From Promethearchaeota archaeon (GTDB lineage Archaea; Asgardarchaeota; Lokiarchaeia; Sigyniarchaeales; SOKP01): a stretch of DNA of 64,000 nt. The notes under the pieces were generated by a model. It did not search any database and was not told where the DNA came from. It saw only the letters and a program-made list of their open reading frames with translations. Positions 19,283 to 28,596 of this stretch are shown piece by piece. The stretch is taken from assembly GCA_048941265.1 (NCBI GenBank), contig JBHLNT010000007.1, forward strand, positions 3,669 through 67,668, written 5' to 3'. Made by a program: the position numbers and the translations under genes. How positions within the stretch are numbered: the first letter of the stretch is position 1; the number at the start of each line of letters is the position of its first letter.

Positions 19283-20620
19283 TTAAATATTTGTTAATTC
19301 TTCTTGGTATTTTAAAATTTCAGCTATGCTGACATCCCTATCAAATTCAATCTTTTGAGAGATTCCTAAATATGCACAAGCAAGATTAGCCGCTGCTGCT
19401 ATTTCTGCTTTTTTCAGAGAAGTTGAATATTCATCTCCAGGTTCATTTATTTTTTCTCTTAAGGCTGATAATTTTTCTAAAATTTTTCTTTTCTCTTGTT
19501 CTAAATGTAGTTTTTGATCGTTTAAAGAATCAATTTCAATATATATTTTCCTTGTTGGTTTAAGTTGTTGTTTTCTTTTCAACTCATTTATTTTCTCCAT
19601 TATACTAATTCGTTCTTCTTCAATTTGAGATTTACGTTCTTGTTCTAATTGATACTGATGTTCATGTTCTTCTTGAAGTTGAGTTACTCTTTCTGTTTTC
19701 ATTTTAAATAATAATGAGGCCATTTTATCTGCAACAATAAACGGTAACTGGTTTTTCATTACTAATCTTGTTATATTATTTACGTCAAAATAGTTTAAAT
19801 TTTTATATTTTGACCTTAAATAATTTTTAAGGTTATCAGTATTTCTTTCGCACTCAATTTGAGTCCAATCATGGATTGCTAATCTTCTCCTGAAAAAAAT
19901 CATTTCCCAATCTATTTCAAGTTCTTTTAACAGTTCAAAAATTTTGTCATCGTCCGCTGTTTTTGATTCTATGGTAATATACAATTGAAGGCCATAATAC
20001 TTATGCTCTTGCTGGAGAAAATAGCCTCTCTGCTGCATAGATGCTAGAATTTTAAGTTTTATTGAAAATATATTATCTGAAATATTTTTTCTTCCACAAT
20101 TTAAATAAATTACATTTCCCTCTTCATTAACATATTCGCGATCTAAAAAACCCAGTATACTCTCATCATTTTCTTTAATAAAATCTATTAAACCACTTAG
20201 GGTGGGTTTAACATCAAACTTAACTAAATCTTTCTCATTTATTGTAACATAGTCGTTTTTACTGCCGCCTATCCCTAATTTGACACTATATAGATTCAAA
20301 TCTTTGTCACTACCAAAAACATTTCTCAGTGCCTCGTTTATCGGAACTACTTCTTCTTCAATAATTTTAATATCGGCCATAGAAGACTCATATGGCTCGG
20401 GATCATTTAAGAATTTATTTAACAGGGGAGCCTCAGATGCATCAACTTCTATATCATATTCCTTAGCAAGATTTTTTCGAATGATACAAAGAGCTCTTTC
20501 ACCCTTTTTATACATTGATAAAGAAGTGCTATCATTAACAACTGCCCTAAAACCATCACTGTCTTTACTCTCGGTACTATCTGATCTAGTTCTTCTTCTT
20601 CTCATCAAATATAAACTCAT
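19283..20620 (-). CDS. hypothetical protein with C-terminal coiled coil (445 aa)
   Basis: Long ORF with an R-rich N-terminus 'MRRRRTRSD' and a heptad-rich region 'QLQEEHEHQYQLEQERKSQIEEERISIMEKINELKRKQQ'. No family recognised. Confidence 0.55.
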   Translation of the reverse strand: MSLYLMRRRRTRSDSTESKDSDGFRAVVNDSTSLSMYKKGERALCIIRKNLAKEYDIEVDASEAPLLNKFLNDPEPYESSMADIKIIEEEVVPINEALRNVFGSDKDLNLYSVKLGIGGSKNDYVTINEKDLVKFDVKPTLSGLIDFIKENDESILGFLDREYVNEEGNVIYLNCGRKNISDNIFSIKLKILASMQQRGYFLQQEHKYYGLQLYITIESKTADDDKIFELLKELEIDWEMIFFRRRLAIHDWTQIECERNTDNLKNYLRSKYKNLNYFDVNNITRLVMKNQLPFIVADKMASLLFKMKTERVTQLQEEHEHQYQLEQERKSQIEEERISIMEKINELKRKQQLKPTRKIYIEIDSLNDQKLHLEQEKRKILEKLSALREKINEPGDEYSTSLKKAEIAAAANLACAYLGISQKIEFDRDVSIAEILKYQEELTNI

Positions 20621-20804
20621 TAAATATTTAAAATCATATCTAGCTAATTAAAATAAAAAAATTTTGTCTTAAATTCTTATCTAAAATATAATATAAATTT
20701 CTATATTAAAAGAGATTGGATTCTTAACCAATATAATAAGAGTTCTTAATATCTTATTAAATAGAATGTAATATTACGTATTAAAATTAGGTTTGTAACC
20801 TTTA

Positions 20805-20975
20805 TCATTCTTCTAAAATAAAATCCTCTCCCCTCTTGATATATACGATGGTAGAACCAAAATTATTACGGACGGTATATTTTTCCCCTTGAACTTCTAC
20901 AAGCTCGATAGAATACGGTAATCTTCTCTTTTTAATTATCTCTTCTATAATTTTTTTATCTTCTTCTGGCTTCAT
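20805..20975 (-). CDS. candidate small protein (56 aa), unannotated
   Basis: Hand translation gives MKPEEDKKIIEEIIKKRRLPYSIELVEVQGEKYTVRNNFGSTIVYIKRGEDFILEE*. ATG start, TGA stop. It sits in an otherwise empty ~490-nt spacer and is below the ORF-track length cutoff. Confidence 0.3.
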   Translation of the reverse strand: MKPEEDKKIIEEIIKKRRLPYSIELVEVQGEKYTVRNNFGSTIVYIKRGEDFILEE

Positions 20976-21109
20976 TTCAAATATTCTCTGTTTAATGATT
21001 ATTATAAATAATATATATAACCAAAAAAAATTTTGCTTTTAAACAAAAATTTAATAAAACCTAAGAATTAATTAATTATCATTATCAAATGCTTTCATTT
21101 AGTGACTAA

Positions 21110-22156
21110 ATGATGGTTGAAGAAATGCCAAAAGAGAAAAGATGGACTCTTATCATTCTTATCGGATGTTTGTCAATGTTTATGGCAGAAGTATTTGCTG
21201 GGGCTTCTCAACTTTGGTTTATTGACCCATGGTCTTTAATAGTTACTTATTGGCTTTACTTAGGACACTTATTATTATTTCTGAACTTAGCTTTTCGCAC
21301 TAAACGTACCTCGATACCACAATTATATCTATGGGGCGTATTATTTGGTCTATATGAATCTTGGATCACTAAAGTACTGTGGTTTGGGTATCCTGGAGCT
21401 GAAGGTCCCGCAATGGGTTTGGTTGGAGGAATTGCCATTTTAGAGTTTTTTACCTTAGTTTTTTTCTGGCATCCAATTCTCGCATTTGTAATGCCCATTC
21501 TTGTATTTGAGGCTTTTGCGAAATCCCAAGATTCTGACCTTGTATTGGAAAGAAAAATATTCATTAGCCATTTACCTTACTTGAATAAAAAAAAAAAGAA
21601 AACCCTCGTATTCTTAATATTTCTGATTTTGGCGGGTTCTGCCTTTCTTTCATTAAATACTGGATATAATCTCCCTGTAGCGGCTTTAGCAATATTAGGA
21701 AGTATTGTTTTAATATTTTTATTTTATAAAATTTCGAGTAGAAGATGTTCAAATAATTTTTCTATCTATACACTAAAATTAGGGAAAAAAGGCTTTAGTA
21801 TTGTTATTATTTATCTATCATTATTGTATATCATAACTTTTTTCCTTCTACTTCCCGAAAGACTTCCTACATCTATAATACCCTATTTGATAATCATCGG
21901 ATTTTATATATTTATAGGGGCTATACTTCGAATTAGCAAACCGATAGATGAGACAAAAATTGGAATGAGAGAAGATATCGAAATCTATGATTCAAAGTTT
22001 TTTTTTAGATTTTTTGGGTTATTATTAATCTTAGTTATCATATTTTGTTTAATACCAATAATCGGTTTGATAGTTGCAATAATGATCTTTTTAAGTTTAT
22101 TCATTATAGGACCAATAATTTTTGTAATATTTCTTATAAAAGCCCTTAAGAAATAG
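21110..22156 (+). CDS. polytopic membrane protein, unknown function
   Basis: 348-aa ORF with about 9-10 hydrophobic segments and a central KKKKK loop. Confidence 0.55.
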   Translation: MMVEEMPKEKRWTLIILIGCLSMFMAEVFAGASQLWFIDPWSLIVTYWLYLGHLLLFLNLAFRTKRTSIPQLYLWGVLFGLYESWITKVLWFGYPGAEGPAMGLVGGIAILEFFTLVFFWHPILAFVMPILVFEAFAKSQDSDLVLERKIFISHLPYLNKKKKKTLVFLIFLILAGSAFLSLNTGYNLPVAALAILGSIVLIFLFYKISSRRCSNNFSIYTLKLGKKGFSIVIIYLSLLYIITFFLLLPERLPTSIIPYLIIIGFYIFIGAILRISKPIDETKIGMREDIEIYDSKFFFRFFGLLLILVIIFCLIPIIGLIVAIMIFLSLFIIGPIIFVIFLIKALKK

Positions 22157-22352
22157 TATAGAGATATTATATTTTCTTTAATAAATTTTGGTCTACAATT
22201 TTTTTTAAAATAAAAATAAACTCTTGCTAGTAGAAATTGGAATTGTCTTATTAAAAAATTAAGAATTTTTTATTAAAAGATAATTAATTTAAACAAATAT
22301 TCATCTAATTAAAATAACACAAATTTTTCATTTTTATAAATGGGATATTTTT

Positions 22353-23591
22353 ATGGCCAAACAAGTACTCGACATTGGATTCTTTAGCATTATGTACAAT
22401 CAGACCAATGGAACAGCCCATGCAGTAAGGTTTCTTTCAGAGGAAATCGCAAAATTAGGCCATAACGTTCATGTTTTTGCTCCCAAAATTCAAAATGGCT
22501 ATATTAAACCCAAAAATTTATACTTTCATGATGTAGGAGGGGGAACAGTCTCTTCCAAAACGGGATTCGTTATAAGTGTACCAGTACATAAGTATTTTTT
22601 TTGCAAACATGATTATTTAGATATAGCACATATTCATACACATGCAACAATAGGGGGTCTGGCTATAAACTGGGCTAAATATTTAGGAATCCCAATGGTT
22701 GGTACCCATAACAGTCCATTACAGTTTTACATGGCACAATATGTACCAGTTATAGGAAAACTTCTCACTAAATTCCCTTTGGCATGGAAATATGAGCGCC
22801 ATATGCTTGAAAAATATGACTTAACTGCTGTTGCAACGAAATCCAAAAAAGAGTTATTATTGGAACATTGGTTTAAAGAACCGATTATTACACTCTCAAA
22901 TGGGGTTCATGATCTTTACTATCAAGAATTAAAGGAAAATGGAATACGAGATAAGTATGGATTAGGGGATAAAAAGGTGTTATTATACGCTTCTCGAATG
23001 TCTCCTGAAAAACATATGGTTAGCATTATTAGGAAATTTAAGTCTATTCATAAGATAGTACCAGATTCCCATTTATTAATTGTAGGAAGCGAGGGACCAT
23101 CATCTAAATTGTTAAAAAGCTTAGCAAATAAATTAGATTATGTTAGTTGTGCTGGAAGGGTTCCTTTTATTGATTTATTAAAGCTATTTAACACGGCTGA
23201 CCTTTCCTGTCTTTGGTCATGGGTAGAAGCAGAAGGATTAGTATTGATTGAAGCAATGGCTCAAGGAACCCCAAATATTGGAGCAAATGGCTATGGGATT
23301 AGGGATGTAATTGTAAATGGAAAAACAGGATATCTTGCTAATAATCTTAATGAATTTAAAGATTGTGCCGTCAAATTGTTTAAAGACGACGATCTTAGAG
23401 CAGAATTTGGTAAGAATGCAAAATTAGCGGCTGAAAAATATAGAATCAGCAGGGTCGCTGAAAATTGGATAAAACTCTATAAATTTGTTATAAATGATTT
23501 GTATCCTCTTCGATATCACGACGTAGAGAGGAAAAGACGTGTTGAATTGGTTAAAGAATTCATTTGTCAATTACCAAATGTAGGTTTTTAA
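22353..23591 (+). CDS. GT-B fold glycosyltransferase (family 4-like)
   Basis: C-terminal GT4/GT1-type block 'LLYASRMSPEKH', 'LLIVGSEGP', 'WVEAEGLVLIEAMAQGTP', 'GKTGYL'. Confidence 0.85.
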   Translation: MAKQVLDIGFFSIMYNQTNGTAHAVRFLSEEIAKLGHNVHVFAPKIQNGYIKPKNLYFHDVGGGTVSSKTGFVISVPVHKYFFCKHDYLDIAHIHTHATIGGLAINWAKYLGIPMVGTHNSPLQFYMAQYVPVIGKLLTKFPLAWKYERHMLEKYDLTAVATKSKKELLLEHWFKEPIITLSNGVHDLYYQELKENGIRDKYGLGDKKVLLYASRMSPEKHMVSIIRKFKSIHKIVPDSHLLIVGSEGPSSKLLKSLANKLDYVSCAGRVPFIDLLKLFNTADLSCLWSWVEAEGLVLIEAMAQGTPNIGANGYGIRDVIVNGKTGYLANNLNEFKDCAVKLFKDDDLRAEFGKNAKLAAEKYRISRVAENWIKLYKFVINDLYPLRYHDVERKRRVELVKEFICQLPNVGF

Positions 23592-23705
23592 ATTCTTTTA
23601 TTTTAAATCTTAGTATAAATTTTACTTCATTAATTCATAGTTTTTATGCTATCTTTAATTTTATAAGTTATATATCATATTTTAAAAACAAACTTATTTA
23701 TTAAC

Positions 23706-24761
23706 ATGTCAGATGTCCCTAAAAATAGCGAAGAAATAAGTAAAGAACGTAAGAAATTAAGGAAGTCTATGGATGAATTAAAAGAGCAAGAAAAATTAGA
23801 CAAAGAATTTATCCCACATTTTTTTCCAACTTATAGAATTTCCCGGAGACTATATCCACTCCCTATAATTATAGTAGTTATATGTGCAGGTTTATTAGCT
23901 TATGCAACTTATGTAATGGCAGGGATCCAAATTGAGGGAGGTTATGTCTCAGAATCAGAATATGGCTTTGCAGCAGGATTAATAAATGGTTTAATTTTTA
24001 CGGCAATGGCCGCGATTTCTTCATTTATTATTATTTTTGTAGTTAAAAGAAAAGGAATTGAAGTATTAAAATATATTTTTGGGATCGTATTTGGCTTTAT
24101 TATGTTTTTTTTAACTCTCTTTTTTGGTCAGATTTTGTTGTATTTGTTTTTCTATAATAAGCCCGAAACGGAAGCGGTGATAACTAGTTATTACATTAGC
24201 TATTATGTCCTTTTAATCGGAACAGGAGCCCTCACAATATTAATGATTTACAAATACTTTACTACTTTTTCCTTACTTACAAAAAATTTGATTGTGTTAT
24301 ATCTTGGTTTATTAATTGGAGCTTTACTTGGAGTAATGATGCCTCTCTGGACCACTCTTGCAGTATTAATTGGTATTTCATGCTGGGACATCTATGCAGT
24401 AAAGTCTAAAAGAGGTCCAATTAGAAATATGATTGATATTGCTTCTAAAGGAAATTTGGATGAAGATTTATCTGAGGAGGAATTAAAAGAAAAATTAAAA
24501 AGCGGGGAAATTGCCTATGATACTTCTAAATTAGAGATTGGAATAGGAGATTTAGCATTCTATAGTATGCTTACCACCAGTGCTCTAATAATCACAGAAT
24601 ATTTAATTGTTATGATTCTCACATCAATAGCTATTATAATTGGAACAGGAATAACCATTCAAGGTCTTAAAAAAAATAAAATCCTGCCTGGACTTCCCAT
24701 CTCAATTTTCTTAGGAATCGGTACTATGTTAATCTCATGGTATCTGATTAGTCTCATTTAA
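23706..24761 (+). CDS. presenilin/signal-peptide-peptidase family intramembrane aspartyl protease
   Basis: About 9 TM segments. First catalytic Asp context 'CWDIYAV'. GxGD motif 'GIGDLAFYSML'. PAL-like motif 'LPGLPISIFLG', compared with presenilin 'PALPISITFG' as I recall it. Confidence 0.82.
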   Translation: MSDVPKNSEEISKERKKLRKSMDELKEQEKLDKEFIPHFFPTYRISRRLYPLPIIIVVICAGLLAYATYVMAGIQIEGGYVSESEYGFAAGLINGLIFTAMAAISSFIIIFVVKRKGIEVLKYIFGIVFGFIMFFLTLFFGQILLYLFFYNKPETEAVITSYYISYYVLLIGTGALTILMIYKYFTTFSLLTKNLIVLYLGLLIGALLGVMMPLWTTLAVLIGISCWDIYAVKSKRGPIRNMIDIASKGNLDEDLSEEELKEKLKSGEIAYDTSKLEIGIGDLAFYSMLTTSALIITEYLIVMILTSIAIIIGTGITIQGLKKNKILPGLPISIFLGIGTMLISWYLISLI

Positions 24762-24768
24762 ATACTTC

Positions 24769-24777
24769 TTTTTTTTT
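24769..24777 (+). terminator. oligo-T tract (T9) downstream of the presenilin-like gene
   Basis: T9 run begins 8 nt after the stop codon. Confidence 0.4.
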
Positions 24778-24984
24778 GGGTAAATACGGGATATTAATCT
24801 ATTTAGGATAGAACAATTAACATAATGTTATAATTCTCAAAAGTTTTATTATCGAGCAAGTTCAGAATAATTTGGATATAAATTTCATTAATTTTACTTT
24901 CAAGAGCTTTAAATGTTGATTCAATATTAGATTTTTAAACTAAACTCAATTAAATTTTTAAAATTTGCAAATTAATAATTAATT

Positions 24985-26169
24985 ATGGTTGATATAGATA
25001 AAATAAATAATATAACTGTTGTAGGATCCGGAGTTATGGGTCGGGAAATCGCTCAAGTTGCACTTATGGCTGGTTTTAAGAAGGTTACTTCATATAGTAG
25101 ATCCCAAGAAACCCTCAATAAAGCAGTTAAATTTATAGAAGACGGCTTAAAGAAAATGAAATCAAAAAAAATGATCGCAGAGGGAACATCCATAGATTCA
25201 CTAATGAAAAATCACTTTACAGAAAGAGATCTACAAAAAGCAGTTGAAGATGCTGATTTTGTGTTTGAATCTGTTCCAGAAGTTATGGAACTTAAGCAAG
25301 ATATTTTTAATAAATTAGGAGAATATACGCCTAAACACACCATTCTCGCAACAAATACTTCTACAATGAGTATTACAAAAATCGCAGAAAAATCAAATAG
25401 ACCAGAAAAAGTAATTGGAATGCATTTCTTTACTCCTATTCCTGTATTGCGCCTAATTGAAATAATCAAGGGAGAAAAAACTTCAGATGATACTGTTCAA
25501 ACGGCTTTAGAGGTTGGAAAAAAGCTTCCTGCTTTAAGAGGTGAAAGATACCTCCCTGTGATTCAAAAAGAAACCCCTGGTTTTATTGTAAACCGGCTTG
25601 GTATTTGTGGTAGTCTTTATTTAAATTGGCTTTTAGATTATGCCACTGAAAATAATATTCCATTAGAACAAATAGATGCCGATTTAGGAAAAAGCTCAAA
25701 TTTAGGAGTATTCGCAAGATGGGATTATTTTGGGCTGGATACTATTTATAACGTTGCAGTATATTTTGCCGAAACTCTCTCTCCTGAGTTTGCACCTGGA
25801 AAAATTCTTACAAAACTCGTGAAAGAAGGAAATTTGGGAAAAAAGACGGGCAAAGGGCTTTATGAATGGAAAGATGGCAACCCAGTTTTAGATTGGTCTA
25901 AAAAGGCTAAACTTTTTGATATAGAACTTTCTATAGCAATTCAATTAAATGAAGCATGCCGCCTATTAGAAGAAGGAGTAGTCTCAAGTTGCAAAATGAT
26001 CGATGAGACTATGTTAGCAGGAATGGGTAGACCTGGACCCTTTGCGTTAGGTGTAAAAAATTATAAAAAATGGACTAAATTTCTAGAAGATTTTTGTGAA
26101 AAAACTGGAATTGAATATCTTAAACCCTGTAAGCTCTTAAAATCTGGTGAATTCCTTAAAATGGAGTAA
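24985..26169 (+). CDS. 3-hydroxyacyl-CoA dehydrogenase (NAD-binding), paralog 1
   Basis: Rossmann 'VVGSGVMGREIAQV', 'ATNTSTMSIT', 'GMHFFTPIPVLRLIEIIKGEKTS', 'PGFIVNR', and an extended C-terminal helical domain. Confidence 0.88.
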   Translation: MVDIDKINNITVVGSGVMGREIAQVALMAGFKKVTSYSRSQETLNKAVKFIEDGLKKMKSKKMIAEGTSIDSLMKNHFTERDLQKAVEDADFVFESVPEVMELKQDIFNKLGEYTPKHTILATNTSTMSITKIAEKSNRPEKVIGMHFFTPIPVLRLIEIIKGEKTSDDTVQTALEVGKKLPALRGERYLPVIQKETPGFIVNRLGICGSLYLNWLLDYATENNIPLEQIDADLGKSSNLGVFARWDYFGLDTIYNVAVYFAETLSPEFAPGKILTKLVKEGNLGKKTGKGLYEWKDGNPVLDWSKKAKLFDIELSIAIQLNEACRLLEEGVVSSCKMIDETMLAGMGRPGPFALGVKNYKKWTKFLEDFCEKTGIEYLKPCKLLKSGEFLKME

Positions 26170-26300
26170 TATTTACTTCCTTACTTTAAAATTTTTTATA
26201 CTCTTTTCTAAATTTTTAAAAAATCCCTTAAAAAATATATTCATAATATTAATAGTTTATATCATCACATGTGTTAACTTTAGAATAATGATTTATTTTC

Positions 26301-26306
26301 AGGTGA
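26301..26306 (+). promoter_or_regulatory. Shine-Dalgarno-like AGGTGA upstream of the second dehydrogenase gene
   Basis: AGGTGA lies 9 nt upstream of the ATG at 26316. Confidence 0.45.
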
Positions 26307-26315
26307 AAGCTAAAA

Positions 26316-27506
26316 ATGGTTGATATTAGTAATATCAAAAAGATTAGTGTAGTTGGAGCAGGAATAATGGGTCAAGGGATTGCCCAGGTATCATTAATGG
26401 CTGGTTATAATGTTTCTTTAATTGATATTGATCAAAAATCGGTTGATAATGGTATTGCTAAAATTAAAGAAGGACTAAAAAAAGTTGAAATTAAAGGAAA
26501 ATTAGGAGAAGGGATTTCTACAGCAGATATAATGACAAAATGTAAAAAATCTATTGATCTAACATCTGCAGTCAAAGAAGCGGATTTGGTTTTTGAAGCA
26601 GTTGTTGAAGATTTAGATGTTAAAAAAGATGTATGTAATATTGTCATGAATAATGCCCCTTCTCACTGTATATTTGCCTCAAATACTTCTACATATTATA
26701 TAACAGATATTGCAAAAGATTCAAAAACTCCTGAGCAAGTAATCGGAATGCACTTTTTCTTACCAGTTGTCCTTCAGTGCTGTGTTGAGGTGATGAAAGG
26801 TGAAAAAACCTCTGATGAAGCTTTAGATATTGGTGTAGCTATTGGTGAAAGGTTACCATGCCTTAAAGGAAGAAGACTTTCTGTCCGTATTGAAAAAGAA
26901 AGTCCGGGATTTATTGCTAATAGGTTGTTAATCCCACCAAATATTTATATTAATTGGATACTTGATCATGCTTACGAAAGAGGTATCCCATGGGAACAAA
27001 TTGATGCCGATGCTGGTGCAGGACAATTAATACCAATGGGGCCGTGCCAATTAATCGATTATCTCGGAGTAGATACTAATTACAATGTTTTAAAAAGTTA
27101 TGAAAAGCATTTATCACCCGATTTCTCGCCAGGTAAAGTGATTACCAAATTAATGAAAGAAGGGAATTTAGGAAAAAAAACGGGAATGGGATTTTACAAT
27201 TGGACAAAAGGAAGACCAAAATTAAATTTAACTAAAAAGGCTGGTTTATTTAATCCTGAAATCCTCATGGCTATCCAACTCAACGAGGGTTGTAGGTTAT
27301 TGGAAGAAGGCGTAGTTTCAGGTTATAAAATAATTGATGATGTCATGTTAAAGGGAACAAACATGCCTGGTCCGTTTAGTGCCGGTAAAAATAATTTTGA
27401 AAAATGGTCTAAATTATTGGAAGACATTGTAGAAAAAACAGGAAAAAAGTATTTAAAACCTTGCGAATTAATGAAAACTGGAGAATTTCGTAAAATGCGA
27501 AAATAA
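26316..27506 (+). CDS. 3-hydroxyacyl-CoA dehydrogenase (NAD-binding), paralog 2
   Basis: Collinear with 24985-26169: 'VVGAGIMGQGIAQV', 'ASNTSTYYIT', 'GMHFFLPV', 'PGFIANR', 'KEGNLGKKTG.GFY.W'. Confidence 0.88.
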   Translation: MVDISNIKKISVVGAGIMGQGIAQVSLMAGYNVSLIDIDQKSVDNGIAKIKEGLKKVEIKGKLGEGISTADIMTKCKKSIDLTSAVKEADLVFEAVVEDLDVKKDVCNIVMNNAPSHCIFASNTSTYYITDIAKDSKTPEQVIGMHFFLPVVLQCCVEVMKGEKTSDEALDIGVAIGERLPCLKGRRLSVRIEKESPGFIANRLLIPPNIYINWILDHAYERGIPWEQIDADAGAGQLIPMGPCQLIDYLGVDTNYNVLKSYEKHLSPDFSPGKVITKLMKEGNLGKKTGMGFYNWTKGRPKLNLTKKAGLFNPEILMAIQLNEGCRLLEEGVVSGYKIIDDVMLKGTNMPGPFSAGKNNFEKWSKLLEDIVEKTGKKYLKPCELMKTGEFRKMRK

Positions 27507-27565
27507 AACAATTAAAATATCAAAATATTTATTTTATTATTAAACGAATTCTATAATGAGAAAAG

Positions 27566-27859
27566 GTGGAAAGGAATATTCCTTTTGAAACTCAAGATAA
27601 TTCACCAAAAACTGGATTTGAAAAAATATTAAATTTTTTCAATAAAGATCTTGAAATTAATCATCCAATCGCCATTGCAGAGGTTGTAGATAAAACTGGT
27701 TTTTCTTGGAGTTTTGTTAAAAAGACTTTAAAAAAATTAAAAGAAGAAGAATATTGCGGTTTTCATTTTGAAAAATCAGGTAATACGTGGATCGTTTGGA
27801 AAGATCGAGATAAAATTTTACCAAAAATGGATGATACTTGCTCTCGATTTTTAGAATAA
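27566..27859 (+). CDS. small putative winged-helix protein (97 aa)
   Basis: GTG start. Segment 'IAIAEVVDKTGFSWSFVKKTLKKLKEEEY' followed by a beta-hairpin-like 'GNTWIVWK', which resembles wHTH. Weak call. Confidence 0.4.
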   Translation: MERNIPFETQDNSPKTGFEKILNFFNKDLEINHPIAIAEVVDKTGFSWSFVKKTLKKLKEEEYCGFHFEKSGNTWIVWKDRDKILPKMDDTCSRFLE

Positions 27860-27897
27860 TGCATTTTAAATTTAGAAACAAGATGATCTGAAACTAA

Positions 27898-28377
27898 ATG
27901 AATGATGATCTATATAAAGAAAAGATCTTTTTGAAAGCCACAACGATATCTCTTGCGATAGTTACATTAATATTCCTATTATTATTAATTTCTGAAATTT
28001 TGTTTACTAAGAATATCTTTTTAACTGTGTTGGTCTTTTTTCTGTTCGTTGGATTCATACTACTCACATTTAATTTCAATACCCTAACCATAAGAATAAA
28101 TCCACATTTTATAAAAATTGCTTATGGAATTTTTAATCGCACGACAAGTTGGGAAAATATCAGAGATTGTTATTTAGATAACGTCTCGAATTTACGCTAT
28201 GGTGGCTTAGGTATACGATATGCGCGTGTTAAAGGCAAATGGAGAGTTATATACAATACATATAATACAGCAAGAGTAGTACTTGTTTTAAGGAAAGGAA
28301 AAATTAAAGAAATTGTTTTTTCAACTAAGAATCCCGAAGAAGCTATGAAATTAATTAATCAACAAATCAGAAAATAA
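27898..28377 (+). CDS. two-TM membrane protein with C-terminal PH-like (bacterial-PH type) domain
   Basis: Two N-terminal hydrophobic helices followed by a ~90-aa beta-rich region ending in a helix ('VVLVLRKGKIKEIVFSTKNPEEAMKLINQ'). Confidence 0.45.
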   Translation: MNDDLYKEKIFLKATTISLAIVTLIFLLLLISEILFTKNIFLTVLVFFLFVGFILLTFNFNTLTIRINPHFIKIAYGIFNRTTSWENIRDCYLDNVSNLRYGGLGIRYARVKGKWRVIYNTYNTARVVLVLRKGKIKEIVFSTKNPEEAMKLINQQIRK

Positions 28378-28596
28378 AATTATCACTTTAACTAATGTTT
28401 CCGAGCACTTGACAGTTTTTTTTCCATACAAATTATATAAATATTGATGCAGCTATGTAGGATTAATGAGTCCAGTGAAATTTTTGGAATAATGTAATTT
28501 AATTACTATTTTCGCAGTTATAACTCTAGTTTATGCTTTCCTTAAGCGATAAAATGCACTAAAAGTTTATAAATATAAATAGCATATTCAAAAATT

